A stretch of DNA of 42,766 nt, taken from sequence record SRR31156797_5930. The stretch is one strand, 5' to 3'. The translations under genes were made by a program, and so were the position numbers. Below are positions 10,650-20,304 of the stretch, one piece after another. Every line of letters starts with the position of its first letter. Position 1 is the stretch's first letter. The notes under the pieces were generated by a model. That model searched no databases. It was not told the DNA's origin and saw nothing but the letters and a program-made list of their open reading frames with translations.

Positions 10650-11174
10650 ATGATTTCCAAAAGGCATAACCGTTACTTCCCATGGATCCCATGGGCAATT
10701 CTGTTGCTACTTCCGGCATGTGCAACGACCATCCCTTCCGAGGCACTGAATGGGGTGGATTATAACATTTCTTTTGAAAACCTGGGTAATGATCCTGACG
10801 CCTTTGTCGGCAAAACCGTGGTATTCGGTGGAGAAATTCTTCAAACGGAGAATCGTCCCGGTGAAACCCTACTGATGATCCTTCAGCACAACCTTGATGG
10901 CGATCTGAAGCCGCTTCAAAACGATCAATCCGAAGGACGATTTATTGCCATTGTTCAGGGATTTCTGGACCCCGCCATCTACACCGAAGGGAGACGGATT
11001 ACCGTTGTGGGGACGGTAACGGGGAAAGAAATCCGCCCCTTGAACGAAATCCCCTATGTCTACCCCGTCGTGAAAAAAAATCACCTTTACCTGTGGCCCG
11101 TGCCAAATGCCCCGGATTCCGAACCCCGTGTCATTTTCGGGATCGGCATCGGAATCGGCAGTTACGGTTATTGA
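10650..11174 (+). CDS. Slp family outer-membrane lipoprotein
   Basis: Lipobox LPAC; VVFGGEI, SEGRFIA, GFLDPAIYTEGRRITVVG, YVYPVV, LYLWP. Confidence 0.88.
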   Translation: MISKRHNRYFPWIPWAILLLLPACATTIPSEALNGVDYNISFENLGNDPDAFVGKTVVFGGEILQTENRPGETLLMILQHNLDGDLKPLQNDQSEGRFIAIVQGFLDPAIYTEGRRITVVGTVTGKEIRPLNEIPYVYPVVKKNHLYLWPVPNAPDSEPRVIFGIGIGIGSYGY

Positions 11175-11187
11175 TAAGGAGATGCTT

Positions 11188-11730
11188 ATGATGATCAGGA
11201 TGCTTACGGCCCTGCTCATAACATACCTTGCGGGATCCGGCTGCGCGGGAATTATCCCGAAAGCCGTACTTGAACAGGTCAATCGGAACATCACCTTTGA
11301 TGCACTCAAGAAAAACCCGATGGCCTATGAAGGAGAGACGGTCCTCCTGGCGGGGGTCATCGTCAAAACCACCAACACACAAACCGGCGCCACCCTTGAA
11401 ATCTACCAGACCGAGATGGACTGGGAGGACAGACCCACCCGTGTCGACGTATCAAAGGGGCGGTTTTTGGCGGAATACCATGAGTTTCTCGATCCCGATA
11501 TCTACAGCAAACAAAGGCAGGTGACCATCGCGGGAAAAGTCCTCGGTGTCAAGTTCATGAAACTGGGGGAAATGGACTACCCCTACCCCCTCATCCGGGT
11601 GGAAGCCGTTCACCTGTGGGAAAAGATAAAGCCCCTCCCCTATGATCCCTATCCCTGGTATCCCATGGGCGCGCCATGGGGACCCTGGGGTGTGTGGGGT
11701 CCGTGGTACGGCCCATACTGGTATTATTGA
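11188..11730 (+). CDS. Slp family outer-membrane lipoprotein (second copy)
   Basis: Start moved to ATG 11188 behind AAGGAG; GSGC lipobox, SKGRFLA, FLDPDIY, YPYPLI, VHLW. Confidence 0.87.
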   Translation: MMIRMLTALLITYLAGSGCAGIIPKAVLEQVNRNITFDALKKNPMAYEGETVLLAGVIVKTTNTQTGATLEIYQTEMDWEDRPTRVDVSKGRFLAEYHEFLDPDIYSKQRQVTIAGKVLGVKFMKLGEMDYPYPLIRVEAVHLWEKIKPLPYDPYPWYPMGAPWGPWGVWGPWYGPYWYY

Positions 11731-11759
11731 TCCAACACAAAAACACGCACCGCTGACGC

Positions 11760-12722
11760 TTACCCATCTCCCTTGGTGGCCACGGGGAGAAGCGGTTCTT
11801 CATTCACCAGCAATTTGAAGACGTCGGCCCGGGCATAATGGCCCACAACATCAAAATCGAATTTCCCCTGAGCGATCTCAGCCATATCCAGATCAGCGTA
11901 AAGAACGCCTTCCCGGTCATATAGGGGACCCGCCAGAACTTCGCCCAGGGGAGAAATGATGGTGCTGCCACCACGACACATGATGTCCGGTTGATTTTCC
12001 AAATCCTCCAGTCCTTCCAGGTCGTCGGGAAACATATCTTTTGTCAAAAACTGGTTGCAGCCCAAAACAAAGCAGCGTCCTTCACAGGCGATGTGCCTCA
12101 GGGTGCAATGCCAGGTGTCCCGTGGGTCGGCCGTGGGGGCCAGATATATCTCAACACCCTTGCCGTACATGGCCATTCGCGCCAGCGGCATGTAATTCTC
12201 CCAACAGATGAGCCCGCCCAACCGACCGATATCCGAATTAAAAACCGGCATTGTGCTGCCGTCTCCTTCACCCCAGATCAACCGCTCCGATCCCGTGGGT
12301 TTAAGTTTTCGATGCTTCCCCAGCAGCTCTCCATCCGGTCCGAAATAGATCAGGGTGCAATAGAGGGTCCCCCGCCCGAACCGGGCTTCCCTTTCGATGA
12401 CGCCGATGGCCAGGTAGACGCCGGCTTCCCGGGCCGCTTCACCCAGGATTTCGGTGGCGGGTCCCGGCACTTCAACGGCATTGGCCCAATAGCGCTCGTA
12501 GGTACGCCTTCCGGCGGCACTTCGACTGCCGATGACCGCCCCAAAGCCCAGCCCTCGCGGGTAGGCCGGAATAAACGCTTCGGGAAAAAGGATGAGGTCA
12601 ACGCCTTTGGGTGAAATGTCGCTGATCAGATCGCAGGTCTTTTGAATGGCGGCCTCCCGGTCAAACAGTGCCGGACCGGCTTGAACCACCGCAACTTTTA
12701 CGGTCTTGAATATCTCTCCCAT
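11760..12722 (-). CDS. Nitrilase (carbon-nitrogen hydrolase family)
   Basis: Glu-Lys-Cys triad motifs FPEAFIPAYP, HRKLKPT, LICWENY; DVVGHYAR. Start set to ATG 12722 behind GGAGGAAGG. Confidence 0.92.
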   Translation of the reverse strand: MGEIFKTVKVAVVQAGPALFDREAAIQKTCDLISDISPKGVDLILFPEAFIPAYPRGLGFGAVIGSRSAAGRRTYERYWANAVEVPGPATEILGEAAREAGVYLAIGVIEREARFGRGTLYCTLIYFGPDGELLGKHRKLKPTGSERLIWGEGDGSTMPVFNSDIGRLGGLICWENYMPLARMAMYGKGVEIYLAPTADPRDTWHCTLRHIACEGRCFVLGCNQFLTKDMFPDDLEGLEDLENQPDIMCRGGSTIISPLGEVLAGPLYDREGVLYADLDMAEIAQGKFDFDVVGHYARADVFKLLVNEEPLLPVATKGDG

Positions 12723-12732
12723 CCTTCCTCCT

Positions 12733-13893
12733 TTACACCTTTGAGATGGCCTGTTCAAAATCTTCCATCAGATCTTCCCAAGCCTCAAGCCCCACCGACA
12801 GGCGGATCAGGCTGTCTGAGATCCCCATGGCCCGACGCTCCTCCGGGGGAACTCCGGCGTGGGAGGTGGTTGCAGGGCGGGTAATCAACGATTCCACACC
12901 ACCCAGGCTGGGAGCGGAAATGGGCAAGGATACATTCTCCAGTATCCGGTCGGCCGCTTTGACGCCGCCCTTCACTTCAAAGCTCATCATGCCGCCGAAG
13001 CCATCCAGTAATTCCCCTGCCCGCATATGGCCTGAATGGCTTTTCAGACCCGGATAATGGACTCTTTCAATGGCGGGATGGTTTTCAAGGAATTGCGCCA
13101 GTTTGAATGCGCTCTCATTCTGGTATCTCACGCGAACACCCAGGGTTTTCATGCCCCGGTGCAGCAGAAAACAGGCGTGGGGGTCCAGGGATCCGCCCAG
13201 ACGGGCCAGCTTCCGGGCAATGGGCGCCACAAGGGTTGAAGACCCGATGACGGCACCCGCCACAATATCCGAGTGCCCGTTAAGGTATTTGGTGCCACTG
13301 TGCAGGGAAAGATCAAACCCCCATTCCGCGGGGCGAAAGTTCACCGGACTGGCAAAGGTGTTGTCAATGAGTGAAACAATACCGTTCTTTTTTGCAAATT
13401 CCACCACGGCCTTGAGATCCGCCACCTGCAGAAGCGGGTTGGTAAGGGTCTCCACCAGTATGGCCCGGGTGTTTGGGCGACGTTTTTTCTCCCAGGACCC
13501 GGGGGCGCCGCCATCGATAAAGTCAAAGGAAATACCGCATGCCGGCAGATCCTCGGTGATGAAATCGTGTGTGCCCCCATAGAGACAGTCCTGGGCCAAC
13601 AGGTGATCCCCTGAGGACAGGAGCGTCAGCAATGTGGTTGAGATGGCCGCCATGCCGCTGGCGGTCACCAGCGCCGTCTCGGCATTTTCCGATGCCGCCA
13701 GTTTTCGGTGAAGGGCAACATGATTGGGCGTATTGTTCAGGCGGATATATTTAAGGTTGTAATAACCGGGCTCCCCTTCGGTTGCGAATGTGGATGACTG
13801 GAAAATGGGCATGCTGACAGCACCCCCGATGAGCGGTTTCGGCTCACCCGAATGAATCAACTTTGTATCAAGATGCCTGCCTCTTCTTTTCAT
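12733..13893 (-). CDS. Cys/Met metabolism PLP enzyme (cystathionine gamma-synthase/lyase family)
   Basis: PIFQSSTF, YIRLNNTPN, SGMAAI, LYGGT, DNTFASP, HSGTKYLNGHSD (PLP Lys), SLGGVESLI. Start uncertain (13893 or 13923). Confidence 0.9.
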   Translation of the reverse strand: MKRRGRHLDTKLIHSGEPKPLIGGAVSMPIFQSSTFATEGEPGYYNLKYIRLNNTPNHVALHRKLAASENAETALVTASGMAAISTTLLTLLSSGDHLLAQDCLYGGTHDFITEDLPACGISFDFIDGGAPGSWEKKRRPNTRAILVETLTNPLLQVADLKAVVEFAKKNGIVSLIDNTFASPVNFRPAEWGFDLSLHSGTKYLNGHSDIVAGAVIGSSTLVAPIARKLARLGGSLDPHACFLLHRGMKTLGVRVRYQNESAFKLAQFLENHPAIERVHYPGLKSHSGHMRAGELLDGFGGMMSFEVKGGVKAADRILENVSLPISAPSLGGVESLITRPATTSHAGVPPEERRAMGISDSLIRLSVGLEAWEDLMEDFEQAISKV

Positions 13894-13919
13894 ATGCGAA
13901 TGGCTCCCCACGGTATTTC

Positions 13920-14978
13920 TCAAAAAAGTGTCCTGATCGATTTCATCAGGGCTTCCATATCTTCATCCGTGCCGATGGTAATGCGAACAAAATTTCTGAT
14001 GCCCTCCATGTTGAAATACCGAACCAGTATCCCCTCTTCCTTCAGGGTTTTGTAAACTGTTTCGCCGCTGAGCCCCTTTTTCTCTGCAAATATGAAATTG
14101 GCACCGGAGGGGAGCACATTCCAGCCAAGACCCTGAAGCTGTTTTGAAAGAGATTCCCTGCTCAGAATGATTTTTTCCGTGATACCCCCGTAATATTCCG
14201 GGTCACTGATGGCGATTTCTCCGATTTTTTGAGCAATCAGATCGGCGGGGTAGGAATTGAACGAATCCTTCACCGCAAAAAGTGCGTTGACCAGATCTTC
14301 ATCGCCCATGGCAAAGCCCAGTCGCAGGGCCGCAAGGGACATGCTTTTAGAAAAAGTCCTGATGACCAGAAGATTTTTAAACCGGTCAATGAGGGAAACC
14401 GCACTCTCTCCACCGAAATCAATATAGGCCTCATCGATGACCACGACCCGGTCTTCCGGGTATTGTTCCAGAAGTTCCCTTATCTTTTCCAGGGAAAGCA
14501 CAATCCCGGTGGGTGCATTGGGATTGGGGAAAACAATCCCGCAGGAACGTTCCTCCCCCAGATAGTCTTTGATCTCAATGGAAAAGTTCTCATTCAGCGG
14601 TATTTTACGGTATTCAATACCGTAAAAATCGCAATAGACCGGATAGAAGCTGTAACTGAACTCAGGGAAAACCAGTTTTCCCCTGGCACTGTCAAAAAAT
14701 GCATAGAAAGCAAAGGCCAGCACTTCATCGGAGCCATTTCCCACAAAAACCTGTGCCGTATCAATATGGAAGCGTTTTGAGATCGCTTCCCTGAGCGATC
14801 CGAACAGAGGGTCCGGATAAAGCCGCAACCTTTCAATGTCAAATGATTTCAAAAAAGGTCCGATTTTAGGTGTGGGAGGATATGGATTTTCATTGGTGTT
14901 GAGTTTGATATATGTTCTATCCTGCGGCTGCTCCCCCGGAACGTAAGGTGAGAGTCTTTTAATTCTTTGGGTCAGCAT
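13920..14978 (-). CDS. hisC: Histidinol-phosphate aminotransferase
   Basis: KLNTNENPY, GNGSDEVL, PNPNAPTG, DEAYIDF, RTFSKSMSLAALRLG. Confidence 0.9.
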   Translation of the reverse strand: MLTQRIKRLSPYVPGEQPQDRTYIKLNTNENPYPPTPKIGPFLKSFDIERLRLYPDPLFGSLREAISKRFHIDTAQVFVGNGSDEVLAFAFYAFFDSARGKLVFPEFSYSFYPVYCDFYGIEYRKIPLNENFSIEIKDYLGEERSCGIVFPNPNAPTGIVLSLEKIRELLEQYPEDRVVVIDEAYIDFGGESAVSLIDRFKNLLVIRTFSKSMSLAALRLGFAMGDEDLVNALFAVKDSFNSYPADLIAQKIGEIAISDPEYYGGITEKIILSRESLSKQLQGLGWNVLPSGANFIFAEKKGLSGETVYKTLKEEGILVRYFNMEGIRNFVRITIGTDEDMEALMKSIRTLF

Positions 14979-15230
14979 GATTTTTTATCCCTTTTGCCTC
15001 TCTTTTTGGTTATCTTAAACTTGCTGTTTCATAAAAAAAGAAATGGGGAAATATGAAATTTCCCATTCTCTCCTGAAACACAAAAATTATCATTCCTTTT
15101 ATCAGTAATGGGTATGCCTTTTCAACCATTTTATGGGATGGCGAGGCAACGCTGAATATGGCAAATTACGGAAACCATTTGATAAAACGAGAACCGCCCG
15201 CCAACTTGGGTCAAAATCGTAAGATGGGCC

Positions 15231-15259
15231 TTGCCATTTTTCCCTATTTAACATAATAT
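15231..15259 (+). promoter_or_regulatory. Possible sigma70 promoter upstream of the KamA gene
   Basis: TTGCCA-17 nt-TAATAT, overlapped by the inverted repeat CCTATTT...AAATAGG (15243-15270). Confidence 0.4.
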
Positions 15260-15476
15260 AATGAAATAGGAAGGATTATGAATAGAGATTCCCCCCCATT
15301 TCCATTCAGCAGTCCCAAATGCGACGGCCGTGTGAATTCGGCCAAAGAGCCATATTTTCAAATAAACGATACAGCTTCGCGGATAAATCCGCTGTGACAT
15401 TGTTTCGCCGGCAGCCTGCCCCTTGGACGAACACCGTTCAGGGGTAACGCCCGGATACAGAAAGAGGGAGAAGAAT

Positions 15477-17270
15477 ATGGATAAAACAAAAATTCGAAAT
15501 AAGCTTCTGCGGATACTGGATGTAGCACCGGCCTTGAAAGAAGCTTTCCTCTCAACCGCTTCGGTGGATATTCAAAGGGAAAAAATCAGGGATTTCCTTT
15601 CCAGCCTGATTGTAACCACCTATGACGATGAAACCCCACCCCTTGAATGGATACTGGTTCGGGATGCCATTCGCGTGTTTCGGACCATCCTATCGCCCAG
15701 AAGTGAAAGGCTTGTGGGGTACAGTTTCCTCCAATATATGCATGATCTCCTTTACAACGAAAACCTTAAAGAAATCGAGAAGCCTTCCCCTGACTTTTTT
15801 GCGGAACTGGAACATCTGTTCAGAGGACTCATGGGGAAATCGGGTATTTATCCCGATAAAGCACCGGTTTTTTCCAAGCATGAGGGTAAAAAGGCCGCTA
15901 AATTGAGATCGGCTGATCTTTCCAGGATGGCCCGGGGGGCGAAGCAGCTCCTTGACCGGTATCCCTGCGGCCTGGACAACAGTGCGATCCGCAAGCGGAG
16001 CACCAACAAAAGCAGGATACTGAAATACTTTAACGCAACCGAACAGGAGTGGAACGACTGGAAGTGGCAAACCAGGCATATTATACGAAACGCGGATACC
16101 TTAAAATCCCTGGTGAAACTAACCGATGAGGAATATGAGGCCGTCGTCCTTGCCAGGGAAAATCGAATTCCATTCGGCATAACCCCCTACTATCTTTCAC
16201 TCATGGACTACCAGGCCGATCATAAAAAGGATTATGCCGTTCGCGCCCAGGTCATCCCGCCCTTGAATTATGTTAGAAAGTTGAAAGGGTTGAAGGAAAG
16301 CCATGAGCCCTCCATGGATTTCATGCTGGAAAGGAATACGTCGCCCATTGAAGGGATTACCCGACGATATCCCATGATCGTCATCCTGAAACCGATCCTG
16401 ACCTGTCCTCAGATATGCGTCTATTGTCAAAGGAATTGGGAAATCGAGGATGTTTATTCCCCGATCGCCGCACTCTCCCGCGACAAACTGGACGCCGCCA
16501 TCGGGTGGATTGCCGATACCCCCGAAATCCGGGAAGTGTTGATTACCGGCGGGGACCCCCTGCTTTTAAGCAATTCAAAAATTGAGTACATGCTGAGAAA
16601 GCTGTCGCGCATTGAACACATCGAACGCATCCGCATCGGCACCCGCACGCCGGTCACCCTGCCCCAGCGGGTTACCGATTCATTGATCCGCGTTATCAGC
16701 CGGTTTCACGCCCCCGGGAAGAGGGAAATCCTCATTGTCACCCATTTTGAACACACCTATGAAATCACGCCTCAGAGCATGCACGTTGTTCAGAAGTTCC
16801 TGCGAAACGGCATCAAAGTGTATAACCAGTTGGTGTACACCCGTTATATTTCCCGGAAATTTGAGGCGGCGGCCCTGCGGCGTAAATTATGTCTCATCGG
16901 CGTAACGCCCTATTACACCTTCAATACCAAAGGCAAGGAAGAGACCGATGATTACCGGGTGCCCATTCCTCGGCTCCTGCAGGAACAGCAGGAGGAAGCG
17001 CGCCTTCTGCCCGGCTCGGCCCGCACCGATGAGATCGTTTTCAATGTACCGGGGCTGGGGAAAAACTACCTGCGGGCCGTTCAACACCGGGACGTCATAT
17101 CAATTCTCCCCGACGGTCGAAGGGTTTACGAATTTCACCCCTGGGAAAAGAAACTGCATTTGGCGGACACCTACGTTTACACGGATGTATCCATTTATAA
17201 ATACCTCAAAAGGCTGAAAGCCATGGGAGAAAACACGTCATTGTATCGGACCATCTGGTATTATTATTGA
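15477..17270 (+). CDS. KamA family radical SAM 2,3-aminomutase, long form
   Basis: WNDWKWQ, ITPYYLSL, CPQICVYC (CxxxCxxC), ITGGDPLL, RIGTRTPVTLPQRVT, PGLGK. Start set to ATG 15477 behind GAGGGAG. Confidence 0.9.
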   Translation: MDKTKIRNKLLRILDVAPALKEAFLSTASVDIQREKIRDFLSSLIVTTYDDETPPLEWILVRDAIRVFRTILSPRSERLVGYSFLQYMHDLLYNENLKEIEKPSPDFFAELEHLFRGLMGKSGIYPDKAPVFSKHEGKKAAKLRSADLSRMARGAKQLLDRYPCGLDNSAIRKRSTNKSRILKYFNATEQEWNDWKWQTRHIIRNADTLKSLVKLTDEEYEAVVLARENRIPFGITPYYLSLMDYQADHKKDYAVRAQVIPPLNYVRKLKGLKESHEPSMDFMLERNTSPIEGITRRYPMIVILKPILTCPQICVYCQRNWEIEDVYSPIAALSRDKLDAAIGWIADTPEIREVLITGGDPLLLSNSKIEYMLRKLSRIEHIERIRIGTRTPVTLPQRVTDSLIRVISRFHAPGKREILIVTHFEHTYEITPQSMHVVQKFLRNGIKVYNQLVYTRYISRKFEAAALRRKLCLIGVTPYYTFNTKGKEETDDYRVPIPRLLQEQQEEARLLPGSARTDEIVFNVPGLGKNYLRAVQHRDVISILPDGRRVYEFHPWEKKLHLADTYVYTDVSIYKYLKRLKAMGENTSLYRTIWYYY

Positions 17271-17326
17271 TGGATGGCCATAGACAGGTTCAAGGAAAAC
17301 GGAAATAGAAAGGAGACTGAACGTCC

Positions 17327-17968
17327 ATGCACGATCCGAACTATATTAAAATGACCACCGGCCTATTCATCATGCTGAACCCTTTCGTCCTCATCCCCGT
17401 GTTTCTGGGGCTCACGGGGGGCATGGGTAAATCTCAAAAAATGAAAGTGGCCTTTACCTGCAGTGTCGCTGTTTTTGTTATTATGATGATTTCCGTATTC
17501 GGAGGTCACCATGTACTCTCCTTTTTCGGCATCACCATCAATGATTTCCGTATCGCGGGAGGCCTTTTGATTTTTCTCATGGCCATTTCCATGGCCCGCG
17601 CCAAAGAACATGAAGACGGAATGCGTTACAGCGATAAGGAACATGAGGCAGCCAAAACCAAGGATAGTAATATCGCCGTGGTACCCCTTGCCATCCCCCT
17701 CATGGCGGGACCCGCGGCCATCAGCGTTTCCATTATCGACGCGGAGATGTGCAATACTTTTTCATCCAGGCTGATCCTTGTGTTGATCATCGCAGGCTTA
17801 AGCCTCGTCCTGTGGGTTGCCATGGCCCTGGCGGAGCAAATCGGGCGATTCCTGGGCCATACGGGCCAGCAGGTCCTCACCCGGGTCATGGGTCTCATCC
17901 TCCTGGCCCTTTCCATCGAATTCCTGGTGGTGGGCATCCAGGGCGCTTTCCATATGGCGACCCATTGA
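17327..17968 (+). CDS. MarC family integral membrane protein
   Basis: LNPF, FRIAGGLLIF, VPLAIPLMAGPAAI, TRVMGLILLALSIEF. Confidence 0.93.
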   Translation: MHDPNYIKMTTGLFIMLNPFVLIPVFLGLTGGMGKSQKMKVAFTCSVAVFVIMMISVFGGHHVLSFFGITINDFRIAGGLLIFLMAISMARAKEHEDGMRYSDKEHEAAKTKDSNIAVVPLAIPLMAGPAAISVSIIDAEMCNTFSSRLILVLIIAGLSLVLWVAMALAEQIGRFLGHTGQQVLTRVMGLILLALSIEFLVVGIQGAFHMATH

Positions 17969-18013
17969 CAATGGATAATGCTTTATATTATGGCCTTCCA
18001 GCTCAAATAAGGA

Positions 18014-20302
18014 TCAAACCAAGCGCGCGCGCCGAAATTGCTTGAACAGGACCTGGGGGGTTAGGGGAAGTTCGTTGACGGCTACCCCTGTGGCATCCAG
18101 CACGGCATTTCGGATGGCCGGGGGTGGAGAGATCACGGGCGGTTCCCCAAGGGCCTTATTGCCGTATCCGGATGTGGGTTCAAAGGTTTCCACAAACTCA
18201 CAACCCATATTGGGGACATCCAGGGCCGTTGGAATTTTGTAATCGGAAAAGCTCCTGTTATGGACATACCCGGTTTCGCCGTCCACCTGCAATTCCTCGA
18301 AGAGGGCTGCACCGATCCCCATGGCAATGCCGCCCTGCACCTGCCCCCGGGCCGTAACGGGATTGAGGATGACGCCGGAATCGTGCACATTGACGATATC
18401 ATTGATTTGAACCCGACAAAGGGGGATATCCACCGTAACATCCACGAAGGTGCACCCGAAACACGGGGCGTTAGAGGTGGTTTTATGTGAAATATCCGTT
18501 GTGATCTGCCCGCCCAGATCCTTGTGGTAGTAAGCATTTCCGGCAAGGTCTGCAAAAGAGAGGACCTCACGATCTGCCTCACCAGTATGGATTACAATCC
18601 CCTCCTTAACGTCAAGTTGTGATTGCGGTATATTCTTTATTTTACTGGTATAATACAATATTTTACTCTTGAATTCCGAAGCCGCCCTGAATATGGCGTT
18701 GCTGAGCACATAGGCTTGCCGGGAAGCGTAGGCTCCGGTGTCGAACGGCAGAAAATCGGTGTCATGGGTGGATGCCGGCTGAATCAAGCTACACGGAACA
18801 CCGATGGTTTCAGCTGCCATCTGGATCGCCACCGTATGAGAGCCCTGACCGATTTCCACAGCGCCCACCTGAAGGCTGACGGAGCCGTCCGGGTTCAAGA
18901 CCAACCGTGTCCCCGCTATCTCCACACAAACGGGATATGCGCCGGACCCGAAGCTGAAACACGCCACACCCAGACCTTTTCGAATGGGCCCCTTTTTCCA
19001 GTTTGCATACGCCTGTTTTTTTTCGTCCCACCGGATCCGGTCCCTCCCTTTGATGAGACATTCCTTAATACCGCAACTTAAAAGAGGTTTTTGTGACAGA
19101 GGATTCACATCCCCTTCCACGGCCACATTTTTAAGGCGGAATTCAACGGAATCCATGCCGATTTTCCGCGCTGCATCCTCCATATTGCATTCAACGGCAT
19201 AAATGGTCTGTGGCGCTCCGTAGGCCCGCATGGCGCCGGCCACCGGCATATTGGAATAGATGGTACGGCCTTCGTAAGAGGTGGCCGCACGGGGATAGAG
19301 AGAGCAGGCCTTGGCGCTGCCGGCCGCTGCAACGGCATGGCCGTGTGAGGCATACCCCCCGGTGATGGAAACCGCACGGATCCGGTTTGCGGTGAGGGTC
19401 CCATCCCGTTTGATGCTGGATGTAACATGGATATGGAAGGGGTGCCGGTTGCGGGTACACGCAAAGGATTCTTCACGGCTTAGAGAGATCCCAACGGCCC
19501 GACCACCCAGTTTCATGGTTAGAAAGGCCGCCAGGGGTTCAAGCACCGCATCCTGCTTATTGCCGAAACCGCCGCCCACATGGGGCTTGATGACCCGGAT
19601 TTGATGCCAGGGGATATTCAGGGCTTTTCCCACAATCCGCCGAACGATTTGTGGTATCTGGGTGGCGGTGACAAGGGTAATGCGATTCACATTTGTCATA
19701 CGGGCAAGAACCGAATGGTTTTCCAGTTGGCAAGCTTGAACCATCCGGGTTTCATAATCCGCTTCCAAGAGATAATCCGATTCCTTAAAAGCCTGCCTGA
19801 CATCGCCGCCACATTGGAAAACGTTTTCGCCCACAATATTGTGAGACCCTTTGTGAATTTCCCTTACATCCGGAGCAAGGATGCGCCTGGGCGTCATCAA
19901 AGGTTCATAAACTTCATATTCCACCCGAATCAACCCAAGGGCCTTTTGAGCGATGGCTTCGGTTTCCGCCACCACCACGGCAATTTCGTCTCCGTAAAAC
20001 CGGATATGCCGTGTCAGGATGAGTCTGTCCGCCACATCCTCGTGGTTGGGATCCAGATTCAGGGGGTGCCCGGCCGTGGCAAAGGGTGTGGACGGTACAT
20101 CTTCGTAGGTAAATACGGCTGTTACGCCGGCAAGGGCTTGTGCGGACCGGATATCAATGGACTTGACATCTCCATGGGCAATGGTACTTCGAAAACATTT
20201 GGCCACCAGCACGCCGGATTTTGGAAAATCATCGGTATAACGTGCCCGGCCCGTGGCTTTGGCGGGAGCGTCCACACGTTTAAGGGGCTTTCCGATTGCC
20301 AT
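18014..20302 (-). CDS. xdhA: Xanthine dehydrogenase family molybdopterin-binding subunit
   Basis: VGGGFGNKQ, GGYASHGH, AGAMRAYGAPQ, EIGQG, DTGAYASRQ, GNKALGEPP; resembles the E. coli XdhA type. Confidence 0.85.
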   Translation of the reverse strand: MAIGKPLKRVDAPAKATGRARYTDDFPKSGVLVAKCFRSTIAHGDVKSIDIRSAQALAGVTAVFTYEDVPSTPFATAGHPLNLDPNHEDVADRLILTRHIRFYGDEIAVVVAETEAIAQKALGLIRVEYEVYEPLMTPRRILAPDVREIHKGSHNIVGENVFQCGGDVRQAFKESDYLLEADYETRMVQACQLENHSVLARMTNVNRITLVTATQIPQIVRRIVGKALNIPWHQIRVIKPHVGGGFGNKQDAVLEPLAAFLTMKLGGRAVGISLSREESFACTRNRHPFHIHVTSSIKRDGTLTANRIRAVSITGGYASHGHAVAAAGSAKACSLYPRAATSYEGRTIYSNMPVAGAMRAYGAPQTIYAVECNMEDAARKIGMDSVEFRLKNVAVEGDVNPLSQKPLLSCGIKECLIKGRDRIRWDEKKQAYANWKKGPIRKGLGVACFSFGSGAYPVCVEIAGTRLVLNPDGSVSLQVGAVEIGQGSHTVAIQMAAETIGVPCSLIQPASTHDTDFLPFDTGAYASRQAYVLSNAIFRAASEFKSKILYYTSKIKNIPQSQLDVKEGIVIHTGEADREVLSFADLAGNAYYHKDLGGQITTDISHKTTSNAPCFGCTFVDVTVDIPLCRVQINDIVNVHDSGVILNPVTARGQVQGGIAMGIGAALFEELQVDGETGYVHNRSFSDYKIPTALDVPNMGCEFVETFEPTSGYGNKALGEPPVISPPPAIRNAVLDATGVAVNELPLTPQVLFKQFRRARLV

Positions 20303-20304
20303 GC

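Noticed and set aside
11140-11160. ATCGG short tandem repeats as a CRISPR or contingency locus
   Set aside because: They simply encode GIGIGIG; no spacers or cas genes.
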